Shown here one piece after another: positions 55,788-64,000 of a stretch of DNA of 64,000 nucleotides. The notes under the pieces are model-generated. The model made no database searches and was not told the DNA's origin. It saw nothing but the letters and a program-made list of their open reading frames with translations. The translations under genes and the position numbers were made by a program. This stretch comes from Thermoleophilia bacterium (GTDB lineage Bacteria > Actinomycetota > Thermoleophilia > Gaiellales > Gaiellaceae): the NCBI GenBank assembly GCA_029865325.1, contig JAOUHF010000001.1, positions 23,569 to 87,568 of the forward strand, in the 5' to 3' direction. The number at the start of each line of letters is the position of its first letter. The stretch's first letter is position 1.

Positions 55788-56624
55788 GTGACCGAGCGCA
55801 CGCCCATCGAGGAGCGCTGGCCGAGGCCGGCAGTGATGGGGGTGGTCAACGTCACCCCGGACAGTTTCTCGGACGGAGGGCTGTTCAGGGCGCCCGCGGA
55901 CGCGATCGAGCACGGTCGGCGCCTCTTCGAGGAGGGCGCGGTGATGGTGGATGTGGGTGGCGAGTCCACCCGGCCCGGCGCTGCGCCGGTCTCTGCAGGC
56001 GACGAGCTCCGGCGTATCGTGCCGGTGCTCGAAGGGCTCGCAGGTTCGCCTGTCTCGATCGATACCTCGAAGGCTGTGGTCGCCCGTCGTGCGCTCGAGC
56101 TCGGAGCCGAGCTGGTCAACGACGTCACGGCCTTGCGAGGAGATCCCGAAATGGCGGTCGTCGTGGCTGAAGGCGACGCGTACGTTTGCCTCGTGCACAT
56201 GCAGGGGGAGCCGCGAACGATGCAGGCGGCACCTCGGTACGACGACGTCGTGTCCGAAGTGTTGCGCTTTCTCGAGGAGCGAATCGCGTTCGCCGTCGAG
56301 CGCGGCATACGCGAGGAGCGAATCTGCGTGGATCCGGGCATCGGGTTCGGCAAGACGCCCGATCAGAACCTCGAGCTCATTCGCCGGCTCGGCGAGCTGG
56401 TCAGCCTGGGGAGGCCTGTGCTGATCGGTGTCTCCCGGAAGAGCACTCTAGGAAAGATTCTCGGAGACCCGGCCGCGACGATCGGAACGATCTCCGCATC
56501 GGTGGCAGCCGCAGTTTCGGCGTTCGAGCGTGGGGCCTGGATGGTGCGGGCTCACGACGTTCGCGAGACGGTCGAGGCGCTCGCGGTTGCAGCGGCAGTC
56601 GAACGTGGGACCGTGTCCGTATGA
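55788..56624 (+). CDS. folP: Dihydropteroate synthase
   Basis: MGVVNVTPDSFSDGG, VDVGGESTRPGA, SIDT, NDV, DPGIGFGK motifs. Start GTG 55788 or ATG 55836; the tracked 55731 overlaps the divergent gene. Confidence 0.93.
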   Translation: MTERTPIEERWPRPAVMGVVNVTPDSFSDGGLFRAPADAIEHGRRLFEEGAVMVDVGGESTRPGAAPVSAGDELRRIVPVLEGLAGSPVSIDTSKAVVARRALELGAELVNDVTALRGDPEMAVVVAEGDAYVCLVHMQGEPRTMQAAPRYDDVVSEVLRFLEERIAFAVERGIREERICVDPGIGFGKTPDQNLELIRRLGELVSLGRPVLIGVSRKSTLGKILGDPAATIGTISASVAAAVSAFERGAWMVRAHDVRETVEALAVAAAVERGTVSV

Positions 56625-56977
56625 CCATCGAGCTCTCCGGCCTGGTCGTCTTCGGCCGGCACGGGTACCTCGAGGAGGAACGGAGGCTCGGGCAGAGGTT
56701 TCTCGTCGATCTGTGGGTCGACGTCCGTGGTGACGCGACCGCGACCGACCGAATCGAGGACACCGTCGACTATCGCCGGATCGCGGGCCTCGTGGAGGAG
56801 ATCTTCGCCGGGCCGGAGCGCCTGTTGCTCGAAGGCCTGACCGGGGCGATCGTCGACGGCATCCTCGAACGTTTTCCCACGGTTGAGCGTGTCCGTGTGC
56901 GTGTCCGCAAGCCAGACGTGATCCTGGACGTTCCAGTCGACTTTGCGGCAGTCACCGTCGAGCGCTCCCGCCTGTAG
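56621..56977 (+). CDS. folB: Dihydroneopterin aldolase
   Basis: GLVVFGRHGYLEEERRLGQRFLVDL...DTVDY. ATGA overlap with folP. Confidence 0.9.
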   Translation: MTIELSGLVVFGRHGYLEEERRLGQRFLVDLWVDVRGDATATDRIEDTVDYRRIAGLVEEIFAGPERLLLEGLTGAIVDGILERFPTVERVRVRVRKPDVILDVPVDFAAVTVERSRL

Positions 56978-57432
56978 TGCCGCGCGCGTACGTCGGCCTC
57001 GGCGCGAACCTCGGCAGCCGAAGGGGGACTGTCGAACGGGCGGTCTCGCTGCTCGCCGCCGTGGAAGGAGTCGACGTGCTCGCTGTCTCGGAGCTCCGCG
57101 AGACCGACCCCGTCGGCGTCGTCGATCAGCCGCGCTTCCTGAACGGCGCCGCCGCACTCGAGACGACGCTCTCCGCACGCGAGCTCCTCGATGCGCTTCT
57201 CACGATCGAGCGGTTGCTCGGACGGGAGCGGCTGGAGCGGTGGGGGCCGCGGACGATCGACCTCGACCTCCTCCTGTACGGCGACGAAATTGTCGACGAA
57301 TCTGGTCTCCGCGTCCCTCATCCGCGCCTTCATGAGCGCCGTTTTGCGCTCGAGCCGCTTGCGAAGCTCGATCCCGAGCTCGAGATCCCGGGTCTCGGAA
57401 ACGTGTCAGACGCACTCGCGGCGCTACACTGA
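56977..57432 (+). CDS. folK: 2-amino-4-hydroxy-6-hydroxymethyldihydropteridine pyrophosphokinase
   Basis: AYVGLGANLG, RWGPRTIDLDLLLYG, LRVPHPRLHERRFALEPL. Confidence 0.93.
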   Translation: MPRAYVGLGANLGSRRGTVERAVSLLAAVEGVDVLAVSELRETDPVGVVDQPRFLNGAAALETTLSARELLDALLTIERLLGRERLERWGPRTIDLDLLLYGDEIVDESGLRVPHPRLHERRFALEPLAKLDPELEIPGLGNVSDALAALH

Positions 57433-57438
57433 GCGCCC

Positions 57439-57807
57439 ATGTCTCACCTCGACGAGCTCGACGAGTTCGAGGCCGAGCTCGAGCTCTCGCTCAAGCGTGA
57501 GTACTCGGCCGTGTTCTCGCTCTTTCGCTACTGCGTGCTTACGCAGGACGCGACCTATTTGTGCAACAAGCTGGACGTCGAGGCACTCCCGCAGGCGAGC
57601 TACCCGTACTTCCACGTGCGCATGGAGGACGTCTGGGTCTGGGACAAGAACCGGCCGAGCCGAATCATCCCGCACGCCGAGGTCTACACGTCAGGTGATG
57701 TGACCGTCGAGGAGCTGCGCGGAGAGGGCGAGGATCCGCGTTTGACCGCCGAGGCACTCGCCGAGCGAATAGGGCAGCCGCTCTCGAGCGACGACGAACC
57801 GCTCTAG
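57439..57807 (+). CDS. DUF2469-like conserved actinobacterial protein
   Basis: E.ELELSLKREYSAVFSLFRY...YFHVRMEDVWVWDKNRPSR pattern resembles the DUF2469 family. Confidence 0.65.
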   Translation: MSHLDELDEFEAELELSLKREYSAVFSLFRYCVLTQDATYLCNKLDVEALPQASYPYFHVRMEDVWVWDKNRPSRIIPHAEVYTSGDVTVEELRGEGEDPRLTAEALAERIGQPLSSDDEPL

Positions 57808-57817
57808 ACCGGCGCCT

Positions 57818-58054
57818 TCAGCCCTTCGGGCGATGCCGATCGCGCTCTGCCAGCCACTGGGCAAAGCGTCCCTGTGGCGAATCGAGATAGCCGCAGAGGC
57901 CGTCTTCGAAGCCGTCGACCTCGTCTCTCAGTTGGAGCAACCGGTACTCGAGCCGGCGTTCGGGATCGCAGACGTGGTCGGCGCGCTCGTCCATGGCGAG
58001 CGAGGCGCCACATTCGGCGCAGGGCATGTGGTGAGGGGCGAAGGCGCTGGACAT
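57818..58054 (-). CDS. Hypothetical 78-aa Cys/His-containing protein
   Basis: G+C-rich third positions. CAEC-x11-HVC putative zinc knuckle. No clear SD; an alternative ATG is at 58027. The tracked ORF (to 58486) is an upstream extension. Confidence 0.4.
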   Translation of the reverse strand: MSSAFAPHHMPCAECGASLAMDERADHVCDPERRLEYRLLQLRDEVDGFEDGLCGYLDSPQGRFAQWLAERDRHRPKG

Positions 58055-58166
58055 GCGCGGTCTCGCGGGAAGGCGTATTTCGCGCTTTCGGCCCGTGTCC
58101 CTGCTCGTCCGCACGAGTGGGGCCGCCTGAAGCGGCCCTGCTCGTTGCGCCCTGTTCCTTGAATGT

Positions 58167-58589
58167 CTACGCACGGGCCGGCTCGGGAATCGCCCCGAGC
58201 TGGATGAGCATGCCCAGCGTGTCCCAGGTCGTCCACTCTTCGACGACCTTGCCATCTTCGAGCCGGGAGATCGTGAGGCCGGTGACCGTGACCTCTTTGC
58301 CGGTCGGCGCGATTCCGGCGACCTCGCCCGTCTGCGTTCCACGGCCCGTCCAGCGCGTCGCCACCTTGTCGCCTTCGGCGATCTGGTCGTCCACGGTGAT
58401 TGCGCCGTCGGGGAAGCCGGCGGTGTACTTCTCGACGTTCGCACGCACGCCCGCCGGGCCTCGGATCGGCTCCGGTTCGGCCGCATCGCGGCCCACGAAG
58501 CTAGACGCCACGTATTCGTCGATCACGTCGAAGTTGCCCTTCCACGGCTCCTCGATGAGCCGCTTGACGATCAGCTTGGCGTCCGCCAT
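58167..58589 (-). CDS. SnoaL-like ester cyclase family protein
   Basis: IVKRLIEEPWKGNFDVIDEYV...VATRWTGRGTQTGE..G..PTGKEVTVTGLTISRLEDGKVVEEW. ATG 58589 preceded by AAGGAG; the tracked start 58715 adds a TM-like leader. Confidence 0.75.
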   Translation of the reverse strand: MADAKLIVKRLIEEPWKGNFDVIDEYVASSFVGRDAAEPEPIRGPAGVRANVEKYTAGFPDGAITVDDQIAEGDKVATRWTGRGTQTGEVAGIAPTGKEVTVTGLTISRLEDGKVVEEWTTWDTLGMLIQLGAIPEPARA

Positions 58590-58785
58590 CGGCGCTCCTT
58601 TCGCTCGTCTGCGCCGGCGAAGAGCGACCGCGGCAAGGGTGCCACCGAGGATGACTCCCGCGATCAATAGTGGGATCGCGGGCACAGTTTGGCCGCGACT
58701 TCGCCTGCGAGACACCGTGGCTCGACTCTACTAACTCGTGGCGTCTGAAACAACCCGGGTTTCGTTACTCTGATTCACTAGCGGC

Positions 58786-59535
58786 GTGCTTCTCACCGTG
58801 GACGTCGGCAACACGCAGACCGCGCTCGGCTTGCACGAGGCATCGGAGCTGGCTGATCACTGGCGCGTCGCGACCGAACGCTCCACAACGGCCGACGAGC
58901 TCGGCGTCCTACTGAGCGGGCTTCTCGACTTCGACACGGTCGACGGGATCTGCCTCGCCTCGACGGTACCTGTGCTCGTGCGCGAATGGGAGGCATTCGC
59001 GGACAAGTGGGCCCGCGCTCCCGTGCTCGTCGTCGGCCCCGGTGTGAAGACCGGAGTCCCGATTCGGTACGACGATCCGCGCGAGGTCGGCGCGGACCGG
59101 ATTGTGAACGCGGTTGCAGCAATAGAACGCTACGGCGCACCGGTGATCGTGGTCGATTTCGGGACGTCGACCAACTTCGACGTGGTCTCGGCTGAAGGTG
59201 AGTACGTCGGCGGCGTTATCGCTCCCGGGATCGAGATCTCGATGGACGCCCTCTTCGCCCGTGCGGCCCGGCTCGTCAAGATCGACTACGCGGCACCGCC
59301 GGCCGTCATCGGGAAGACGACAGTCGCCGGGCTCCAGTCGGGACTCGTGTACGGCTTTGCCGGTCAGGTGGACGGGATCGTCGGGCGCATCCGCGACGAA
59401 CTGGGAGCCGAAGCTCGGGCGGTTGCGACTGGGGGGCTTGCAGACCTTGTCGCCCCGCACTCGCAGACGATCGAGCAGGTCGATCCGTTCCTGACCCTCG
59501 AAGGACTGCGCCTCGTCTGGGAGCTGAATCGCTGA
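58786..59535 (+). CDS. coaX: Type III pantothenate kinase
   Basis: LLTVDVGNTQT, GADRIVNAVAA, VVDFGTSTNFD, G.IAPG motifs. Confidence 0.93.
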   Translation: MLLTVDVGNTQTALGLHEASELADHWRVATERSTTADELGVLLSGLLDFDTVDGICLASTVPVLVREWEAFADKWARAPVLVVGPGVKTGVPIRYDDPREVGADRIVNAVAAIERYGAPVIVVDFGTSTNFDVVSAEGEYVGGVIAPGIEISMDALFARAARLVKIDYAAPPAVIGKTTVAGLQSGLVYGFAGQVDGIVGRIRDELGAEARAVATGGLADLVAPHSQTIEQVDPFLTLEGLRLVWELNR

Positions 59536-59618
59536 TCCCAGACCCTCCGGCAATCGGGCTCTTCGTCGTTGCGGCGCTCGCGCTGCTGCTCGTCCCCGGG
59601 CCCGCGGTTCTGTATATC

Positions 59619-60170
59619 GTGGCGCGCTCGATCCACGAGGGCCGACGAGCGGGACTCGCGTCCGTGCTCGGAATCCACGTCGGCACGCTCGTCCATATCG
59701 CGGCCGCGACTCTCGGCCTGTCGGCGCTGATCGCGTCGTCTGCGGTGGCGTTCACCGCGGTGAAGATCGCCGGCGCCGTTTACCTGGTCGGCCTGGGGCT
59801 GTGGACGCTCTTCTCGCGACGAGCGGAGCCTGAGGTGGCGCTTGGCGGAGGGCGAAATCTTCGCCGTGCCTTCGCCCAGGGGATCGTCGTAAACGTGCTC
59901 AACCCGAAGACGGCGCTCTTCTTCCTCGCCTTTCTCCCGCAGTTCGTCGATCCGAACGCGCCGCATCCGGCGGTTCAAATCGCCTTCCTCGGCGTCCTGT
60001 TCGCGCTTCTCGGACTCATCACGGACTCGACCTGGGCGCTGGCGGCAGGGAGTGCGGGCGGCGTGCTGCGGCGCTCGCGTCGCTTCCTACGCGCGCAGCG
60101 CTACGTGACCGGGACGGTCTACGTCGGGCTCGGCGTCGCGACCGCTCTCGCCGGCTCGGTGGAGGACTAG
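59619..60170 (+). CDS. LysE/RhtB-family amino-acid exporter (annotated from first canonical start; frame is open further upstream)
   Basis: NPKTALFFLAFLPQFV motif. The family's N-terminal LLLVPGPAVLY helix is encoded in frame at 59535-59618 but has no ATG/GTG/TTG upstream. Confidence 0.8.
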   Translation: MARSIHEGRRAGLASVLGIHVGTLVHIAAATLGLSALIASSAVAFTAVKIAGAVYLVGLGLWTLFSRRAEPEVALGGGRNLRRAFAQGIVVNVLNPKTALFFLAFLPQFVDPNAPHPAVQIAFLGVLFALLGLITDSTWALAAGSAGGVLRRSRRFLRAQRYVTGTVYVGLGVATALAGSVED

Positions 60171-61222
60171 CCGCCGCCGTAGATCGAGACGGGAAGCTCG
60201 AGGGTCATCTCTTCGCCCGTCGGGATCTCGGACTCGAGGAGCTCGAGGATGTCGCGTGCACCTGGAGCGGCGGCGAGCAACCGCCTCTCCACTTCATCGA
60301 TCGAGTCGAGCTGGAGAAGCTCCTGCTTGAACGGCTTCGGAAATCGGCCCTGCCCGAGGTACCAGCTGTAGAACTTCTTCAGGAACCCCGAGGCACGCCG
60401 CTCGCCGAGCTCTCGGACGGTTTCCCGGATGAAGAGGACCAACTCGGCAGCCACCTCTTCCCTCGAGGGCTCCTCGGCGTCGCCGTCGATGATCTCGCGA
60501 AGCGCCCAGGGATTCCCTTGAGCGCCGCGGCCCACCATCACCGCCTCGGCACCCGTCGCACCGAGCACCGCTTGCGCCCGCACGCGAGACGTCACGTCAC
60601 CCGATGCCACAACCGGCACGTCGACGAGCGAGACGAGCTCTGCCGTGAGCGCGTGGTCGGCGGTGCCCGTGTACATCTGTTCCGCCGAGCGCGGATGCAA
60701 CGTGAGCGACGCAGCCCCTGCCTCGACGAGGCGCGGGCCGAGCTCGAGGCACGCGCGCGATCCGTTTCGCACGCCGCGCCGCAACTTCACGGTCACGGGG
60801 ACGTCGACGGACTCGGCGATCGCTTCGATGATGCGGCATGCCTGGTCCGGGTCCTCGAGCAGGTGCGCACCTGCTCCAGTGCGTGTCACCTTCTTCACGG
60901 GGCATCCGAAGTTGACGTCAACGATGTCGGCGCCGACCGCCTCGACCATCCGGGCACCGTCCGCCATCGACTGCGGGTCGGATCCGAACAGCTGGATGGC
61001 GAGCGGGTGCTCGTCGGCGGCCACGCGCAGGTAGCCGAGTGTCTTCTCGTTGCGGTGCTCGATGCCCGCGCAACTCACCATCTCCGAGCAGACGAGCCCT
61101 GCTCCGTAACGGCGACCCTGTCGGCGAAACGCCTGAACGCTGACCCCCGCCATCGGCGCGAGCACGAGCCGCGTTGGCACCTCCACCGGTCCGATGTTCC
61201 AGGATTCTCGGAGGTCGATCAT
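60167..61222 (-). CDS. dus: tRNA-dihydrouridine synthase
   Basis: LAPMAGVSVQAFR, VDVNFGCPVKKV catalytic Cys, TVKLR, TLHPR, GDV, VMVGRGA. ATG 61222 chosen. Confidence 0.92.
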   Translation of the reverse strand: MIDLRESWNIGPVEVPTRLVLAPMAGVSVQAFRRQGRRYGAGLVCSEMVSCAGIEHRNEKTLGYLRVAADEHPLAIQLFGSDPQSMADGARMVEAVGADIVDVNFGCPVKKVTRTGAGAHLLEDPDQACRIIEAIAESVDVPVTVKLRRGVRNGSRACLELGPRLVEAGAASLTLHPRSAEQMYTGTADHALTAELVSLVDVPVVASGDVTSRVRAQAVLGATGAEAVMVGRGAQGNPWALREIIDGDAEEPSREEVAAELVLFIRETVRELGERRASGFLKKFYSWYLGQGRFPKPFKQELLQLDSIDEVERRLLAAAPGARDILELLESEIPTGEEMTLELPVSIYGGG

Positions 61223-61249
61223 CGCGCAGTAATGGTAGTGCGCGGTCTG

Positions 61250-61279
61250 TTGACGCTCGTCCAGGGCGGTAGCTACCAT
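61250..61279 (+). promoter_or_regulatory. Candidate promoter TTGACG-18-TACCAT upstream of greA
   Basis: -35 at 61250-61255, -10 at 61274-61279, 58 nt before GTG 61338. Confidence 0.4.
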
Positions 61280-61337
61280 TCCGAGCCGTTGACGGGGCCG
61301 AGGGGGCCCCGCAATCCCATCTCTGGAGGCGTTTCTC

Positions 61338-61814
61338 GTGAAGGATGTGCTCCTCACACCCGCAGGCTACAAACAGCTCAAGAGCGAGCTCGACCTCCTG
61401 CGCACCGAGAAGCGGCGGGAGATCGCGGAGCGCATCGCAGCGGCGCGTGAGTTCGGCGAGATCGCCGAGAACGCGGAGTACGACGATGCGAAGAACGAGC
61501 AGATGATGCTCGAGCACCGCATCGCGCAGCTCGAAGAGCGCCTCGCGAACGCACGCGTGATCGATGTCAAGAAGGTCGACACGAGCGTCGTCTCGATCGG
61601 GTCCGTCGTGCGCCTCCGCGACGTGGACGCAAAGGAGACCACCGAGTACTTCATCGTCGGCTCGGCAGAGGCGAACCCGGTCGAGCGGAAGCTCTCGAAC
61701 GAGTCGCCGGTGGGCAAGGCGATCATCGGCCGCAAGAAGGGCGAGACCGTCGAGGTCATCACGCCCCGTGGCTCGAAGGTCAAGTTCAAGATCATGGAGA
61801 TCAAGGCGGCCTAG
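61338..61814 (+). CDS. greA: Transcription elongation factor GreA
   Basis: LTPAGYKQLKSELDLL...EFGEIAENAEYDDAKNEQ coiled-coil with acidic tip. C-terminal SP.GKA.IG.K.GE.V. Confidence 0.95.
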   Translation: MKDVLLTPAGYKQLKSELDLLRTEKRREIAERIAAAREFGEIAENAEYDDAKNEQMMLEHRIAQLEERLANARVIDVKKVDTSVVSIGSVVRLRDVDAKETTEYFIVGSAEANPVERKLSNESPVGKAIIGRKKGETVEVITPRGSKVKFKIMEIKAA

Positions 61815-61820
61815 ATCGTT

Positions 61821-61841
61821 GGGCAGCCGGTTAGGCTGCCC
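61821..61841 (+). other. 8-bp hairpin between greA and lysS
   Basis: GGGCAGCC-GGTTA-GGCTGCCC. No U-tract. Ends 4 nt before the lysS ATG. Confidence 0.35.
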
Positions 61842-61845
61842 GTCC

Positions 61846-63209
61846 ATGGGTCTTTCCAAGCGATTTCCTGATCGGGCCCTGATCAGTGCTGTCCGCGCAG
61901 AGGCGAGCGCCCTCGAGCCGGGCACGGAATCAGCCGAGCCGCGCCGCCTTGCGGGGCGCGTCATGGCGCGGCGTGGGCACGGCAAGCTGACCTTCATCGA
62001 TCTCGTCGACCGCTCGGGGCGGATTCAACTTCTCTGCGACGAGAGCCGCGCCGGCCAGATCGACGTCGACCTCGGCGACGTCGTCGGCGTGGTCGGATCG
62101 CCGGCTTCGTCCCGCCGCGGGGAGCCCTCGCTCGCGGTCGACGAGCTGACGGTTCTGTCCCGGAATCGAAGCCCGCTGCCGGACACGTTCCACGGGGTCA
62201 CCGATCAAGAGACGCGGTACCGGAAGCGCTACCTCGACCTGCTGATGAACGAGGAGTCCCGCGAGCTGTTCCTCCTTCGTTCGCAAATCGTCACCGCGAT
62301 CCGTCGCTTCCTCGACGAGGACGGCTTCGTCGAGGTCGAGACGCCAGTGCTTCAGCCCCGCTACGGCGGGGCGTTCGCGCACCCCTTCGTCACGCACTCG
62401 AAGGAGCTCGAGGCCGATCTCTATCTCCGCATCGCGACCGAGCTCTACCTCAAACGCCTGATCGTGGGTGGGCTCGAGCGTGTCTACGAGATCGGCAAGG
62501 ACTTCCGCAACGAGAGCGTCTCCTACAAGCACCAACCCGAGTTCACGATGCTCGAGTGGTACGAGGCCTACGCAGACTTCCGCGACACGATGGATCGGAT
62601 CGAGGCGATGCTCGAGCAGGTCGCGCTCGACGCCTTGGGCACGACCGTCGCGCAGTTCCGCGGGCACGAGATCGACCTCAAGCGGCCCTGGAAACGGGTC
62701 GGCTTCAGCGAGTCGCTCGATGCGCACGAGCTCTGGACGCGCGACGAGGGCGAGTTGCGCGCCCGGCTGACGGAGCGGGGTGTCGACACCGAGGCGGACA
62801 AGGACTGGCCGCAGCTCGTCGACACGCGTTCGGTCACTTCGTCGAGCCGAGCCTGATCGAGCCGACGATCGTCTGGGGCCATCCGGTCGAGCTCTCTCCG
62901 TTCGCGCGGGTCACAGACGACGACGAGACGATCACCGAGCGCTTCGAATACTTCGCTGCCGGGATGGAGCTCGGCAACGCCTACTCGGAGATCAACGACG
63001 CGGATGAGCAGCAGCGCCGCTTCGACGAGCAGTCGGCACATGTCGAGGGCGTGCGCGGGGATCCGGAGTACGTCGAGGCGCTCTCGTACGGCATGCCGCC
63101 CACGGGAGGTCTCGGTCTCGGAATCGACCGGCTCGTCATGCTCTTCTCGGGCCGCGAGACGATCCGCGACGTGATCCTGTTTCCGGCTCTACGCCCGGAC
63201 GACCGGTAG
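61846..63209 (+). pseudogene. lysS: Lysine--tRNA ligase (class II) interrupted by a 1-nt frameshift near 62823
   Basis: N-terminal 326 aa (OB domain, motif 1/2 region FRNES..YKHQPEFTMLEWY) is in frame 1 and runs into TGA 62854-62856. The C-terminal 128 aa (HAFGHFVEPSLIEPT...GMPPTGGLGLGIDRLVM, motif 3) continues in the -1 frame from 62823. Confidence 0.85.
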
Positions 63210-63695
63210 GCCCTTTACGCCGCGCCGCGTGACCGGCTCGTCCGCGCTCCACGGGAAGTCGATCCAGAGGTCGGTGCGCTTCCACACGTAGTCGCAGTTG
63301 ACCATCGCCCGCGACTTCTCGTACAGGACTGCGCAGCGCACCTCGCCCACCTTGCCGACGCAGAAGTCCTTGACGAGCCTGAGCGTCTCGCCCGTGTCCG
63401 CGACGTCGTCGGCTATCAGCACTCGCGCCGTTTCCAGATCGATGAGATCGGGAACGGGTGGGAGGATCATCGGGACGTCGAGTCGCTCGTCGACACCCGT
63501 GTAGAACTCGACATTCATTGTCCACGCGTTCTTGACGCCGAGCGCGTACCCGAGCGCTGCGCCGACGAGCAGGCCGCCCCGCGCAATCGAGAGGATCAGA
63601 TCCGCCTCGTAGCCGTCATGAGCCACTTGGCGAGCGAGATCGCGCGTCGCCACGCCGAACTCGGCCCATGAGAGTCGCTCGCGCTCTTCACTCAC
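63189..63695 (-). CDS. Phosphoribosyltransferase (purine PRT-like)
   Basis: PRPP-binding VLIADDVADTGETL. ILSIARGGLLVG. Confidence 0.82.
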   Translation of the reverse strand: MSEERERLSWAEFGVATRDLARQVAHDGYEADLILSIARGGLLVGAALGYALGVKNAWTMNVEFYTGVDERLDVPMILPPVPDLIDLETARVLIADDVADTGETLRLVKDFCVGKVGEVRCAVLYEKSRAMVNCDYVWKRTDLWIDFPWSADEPVTRRGVKGLPVVRA

Positions 63696-63719
63696 GCGCC
63701 GATCGTATTGTGTCGTCGC

Positions 63720-64000
63720 TCAGAGGGTGACTTCGCTGCGGCCGCGCTCGAATGCGAGCACGTCGGTGAGGATGTCGTCGAGCGTCCGCGCGGGCTGCCA
63801 TCCCGTCGCCGACTCGATCTTTGCTGTCGAGGGGATCCGGTGGAGCATGTCCTCGATCCCGATGCCGTAGACGTCCTCGTAGGCGACGTACGAGACCTCG
63901 GAGCCCGAGCCGGTGAGCTCGAGCACGCGGCGGGCGAGCTCGTTGATCGAGATGCGCTCCTCCGAGCCGACGTTGTAGATCTCGCCGGACGCGCCCTCTT
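63720..64000 (-). CDS. NAD-dependent epimerase/dehydratase, C-terminal part (5' end beyond window)
   Basis: Frame open to the window edge. GEIYNVGS...ISINELA...TGW.P...L.DIL pattern of SDR-type sugar epimerases. Confidence 0.75.
   Translation of the reverse strand, partial: EGASGEIYNVGSEERISINELARRVLELTGSGSEVSYVAYEDVYGIGIEDMLHRIPSTAKIESATGWQPARTLDDILTDVLAFERGRSEVTL

Noticed and set aside
62815-62830. Programmed -1 ribosomal frameshift in lysS.
   Set aside because: There is no slippery X XXY YYZ heptamer or obvious downstream stimulatory structure. A 1-nt deletion or sequencing error is simpler.

Overview
High-G+C bacterial chromosomal segment with the gene order typical of Actinomycetota. 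It is mostly core housekeeping DNA. Left half (1-25.5 kb): the 3' end of rpoC, a two-gene insertion (secreted protein plus GGDEF cyclase), then the complete str-S10-spc-alpha ribosomal super-operon. That operon holds 28 r-protein genes, including rpmD and rpmJ, which are too short for the ORF track, together with fusA, tuf, secY, adk, map, infA and rpoA. Right half: NfeD-like gene, truA, HAD hydrolase, ligA, a divergent cell-wall hydrolase pair, an acyl-CoA synthetase, Ku, a 58-aa ORF, tRNA-Pro(CGG), a TetR-associated CoA-transferase/acyl-CoA dehydrogenase/SDR cluster, a VanW-G5 protein, a thioesterase, a sirtuin, tilS-hpt-ftsH, a MoxR-DUF58 operon, folP-folB-folK, coaX, dus, greA, a frameshifted lysS and a partial epimerase. 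Most long ORFs on the opposite strand or in alternative frames are artefacts of the G+C content. I found no convincing novel multi-gene system: no CRISPR, transposase, prophage or defence island. The unusual items are local: (1) a tandem 105-nt hairpin unit, or 67-aa repeat micro-ORF, between rplO and secY, with a related copy at 37.2 kb; (2) a 168-nt structured spacer between rplE and rpsN whose closing helix buries the rpsN Shine-Dalgarno; (3) a ~150-aa acidic/basic N-terminal extension on S17 that shares an 11-aa module with the L15 tail; (4) a 1-nt frameshift in lysS; (5) a promoter-leader-terminator unit in front of an untracked 58-aa ORF; (6) a recurring TTGAC-N6-GTCAA palindrome around the TetR/acyl-CoA dehydrogenase cluster. 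All functional calls rest on reading motifs by eye; no database search was run.
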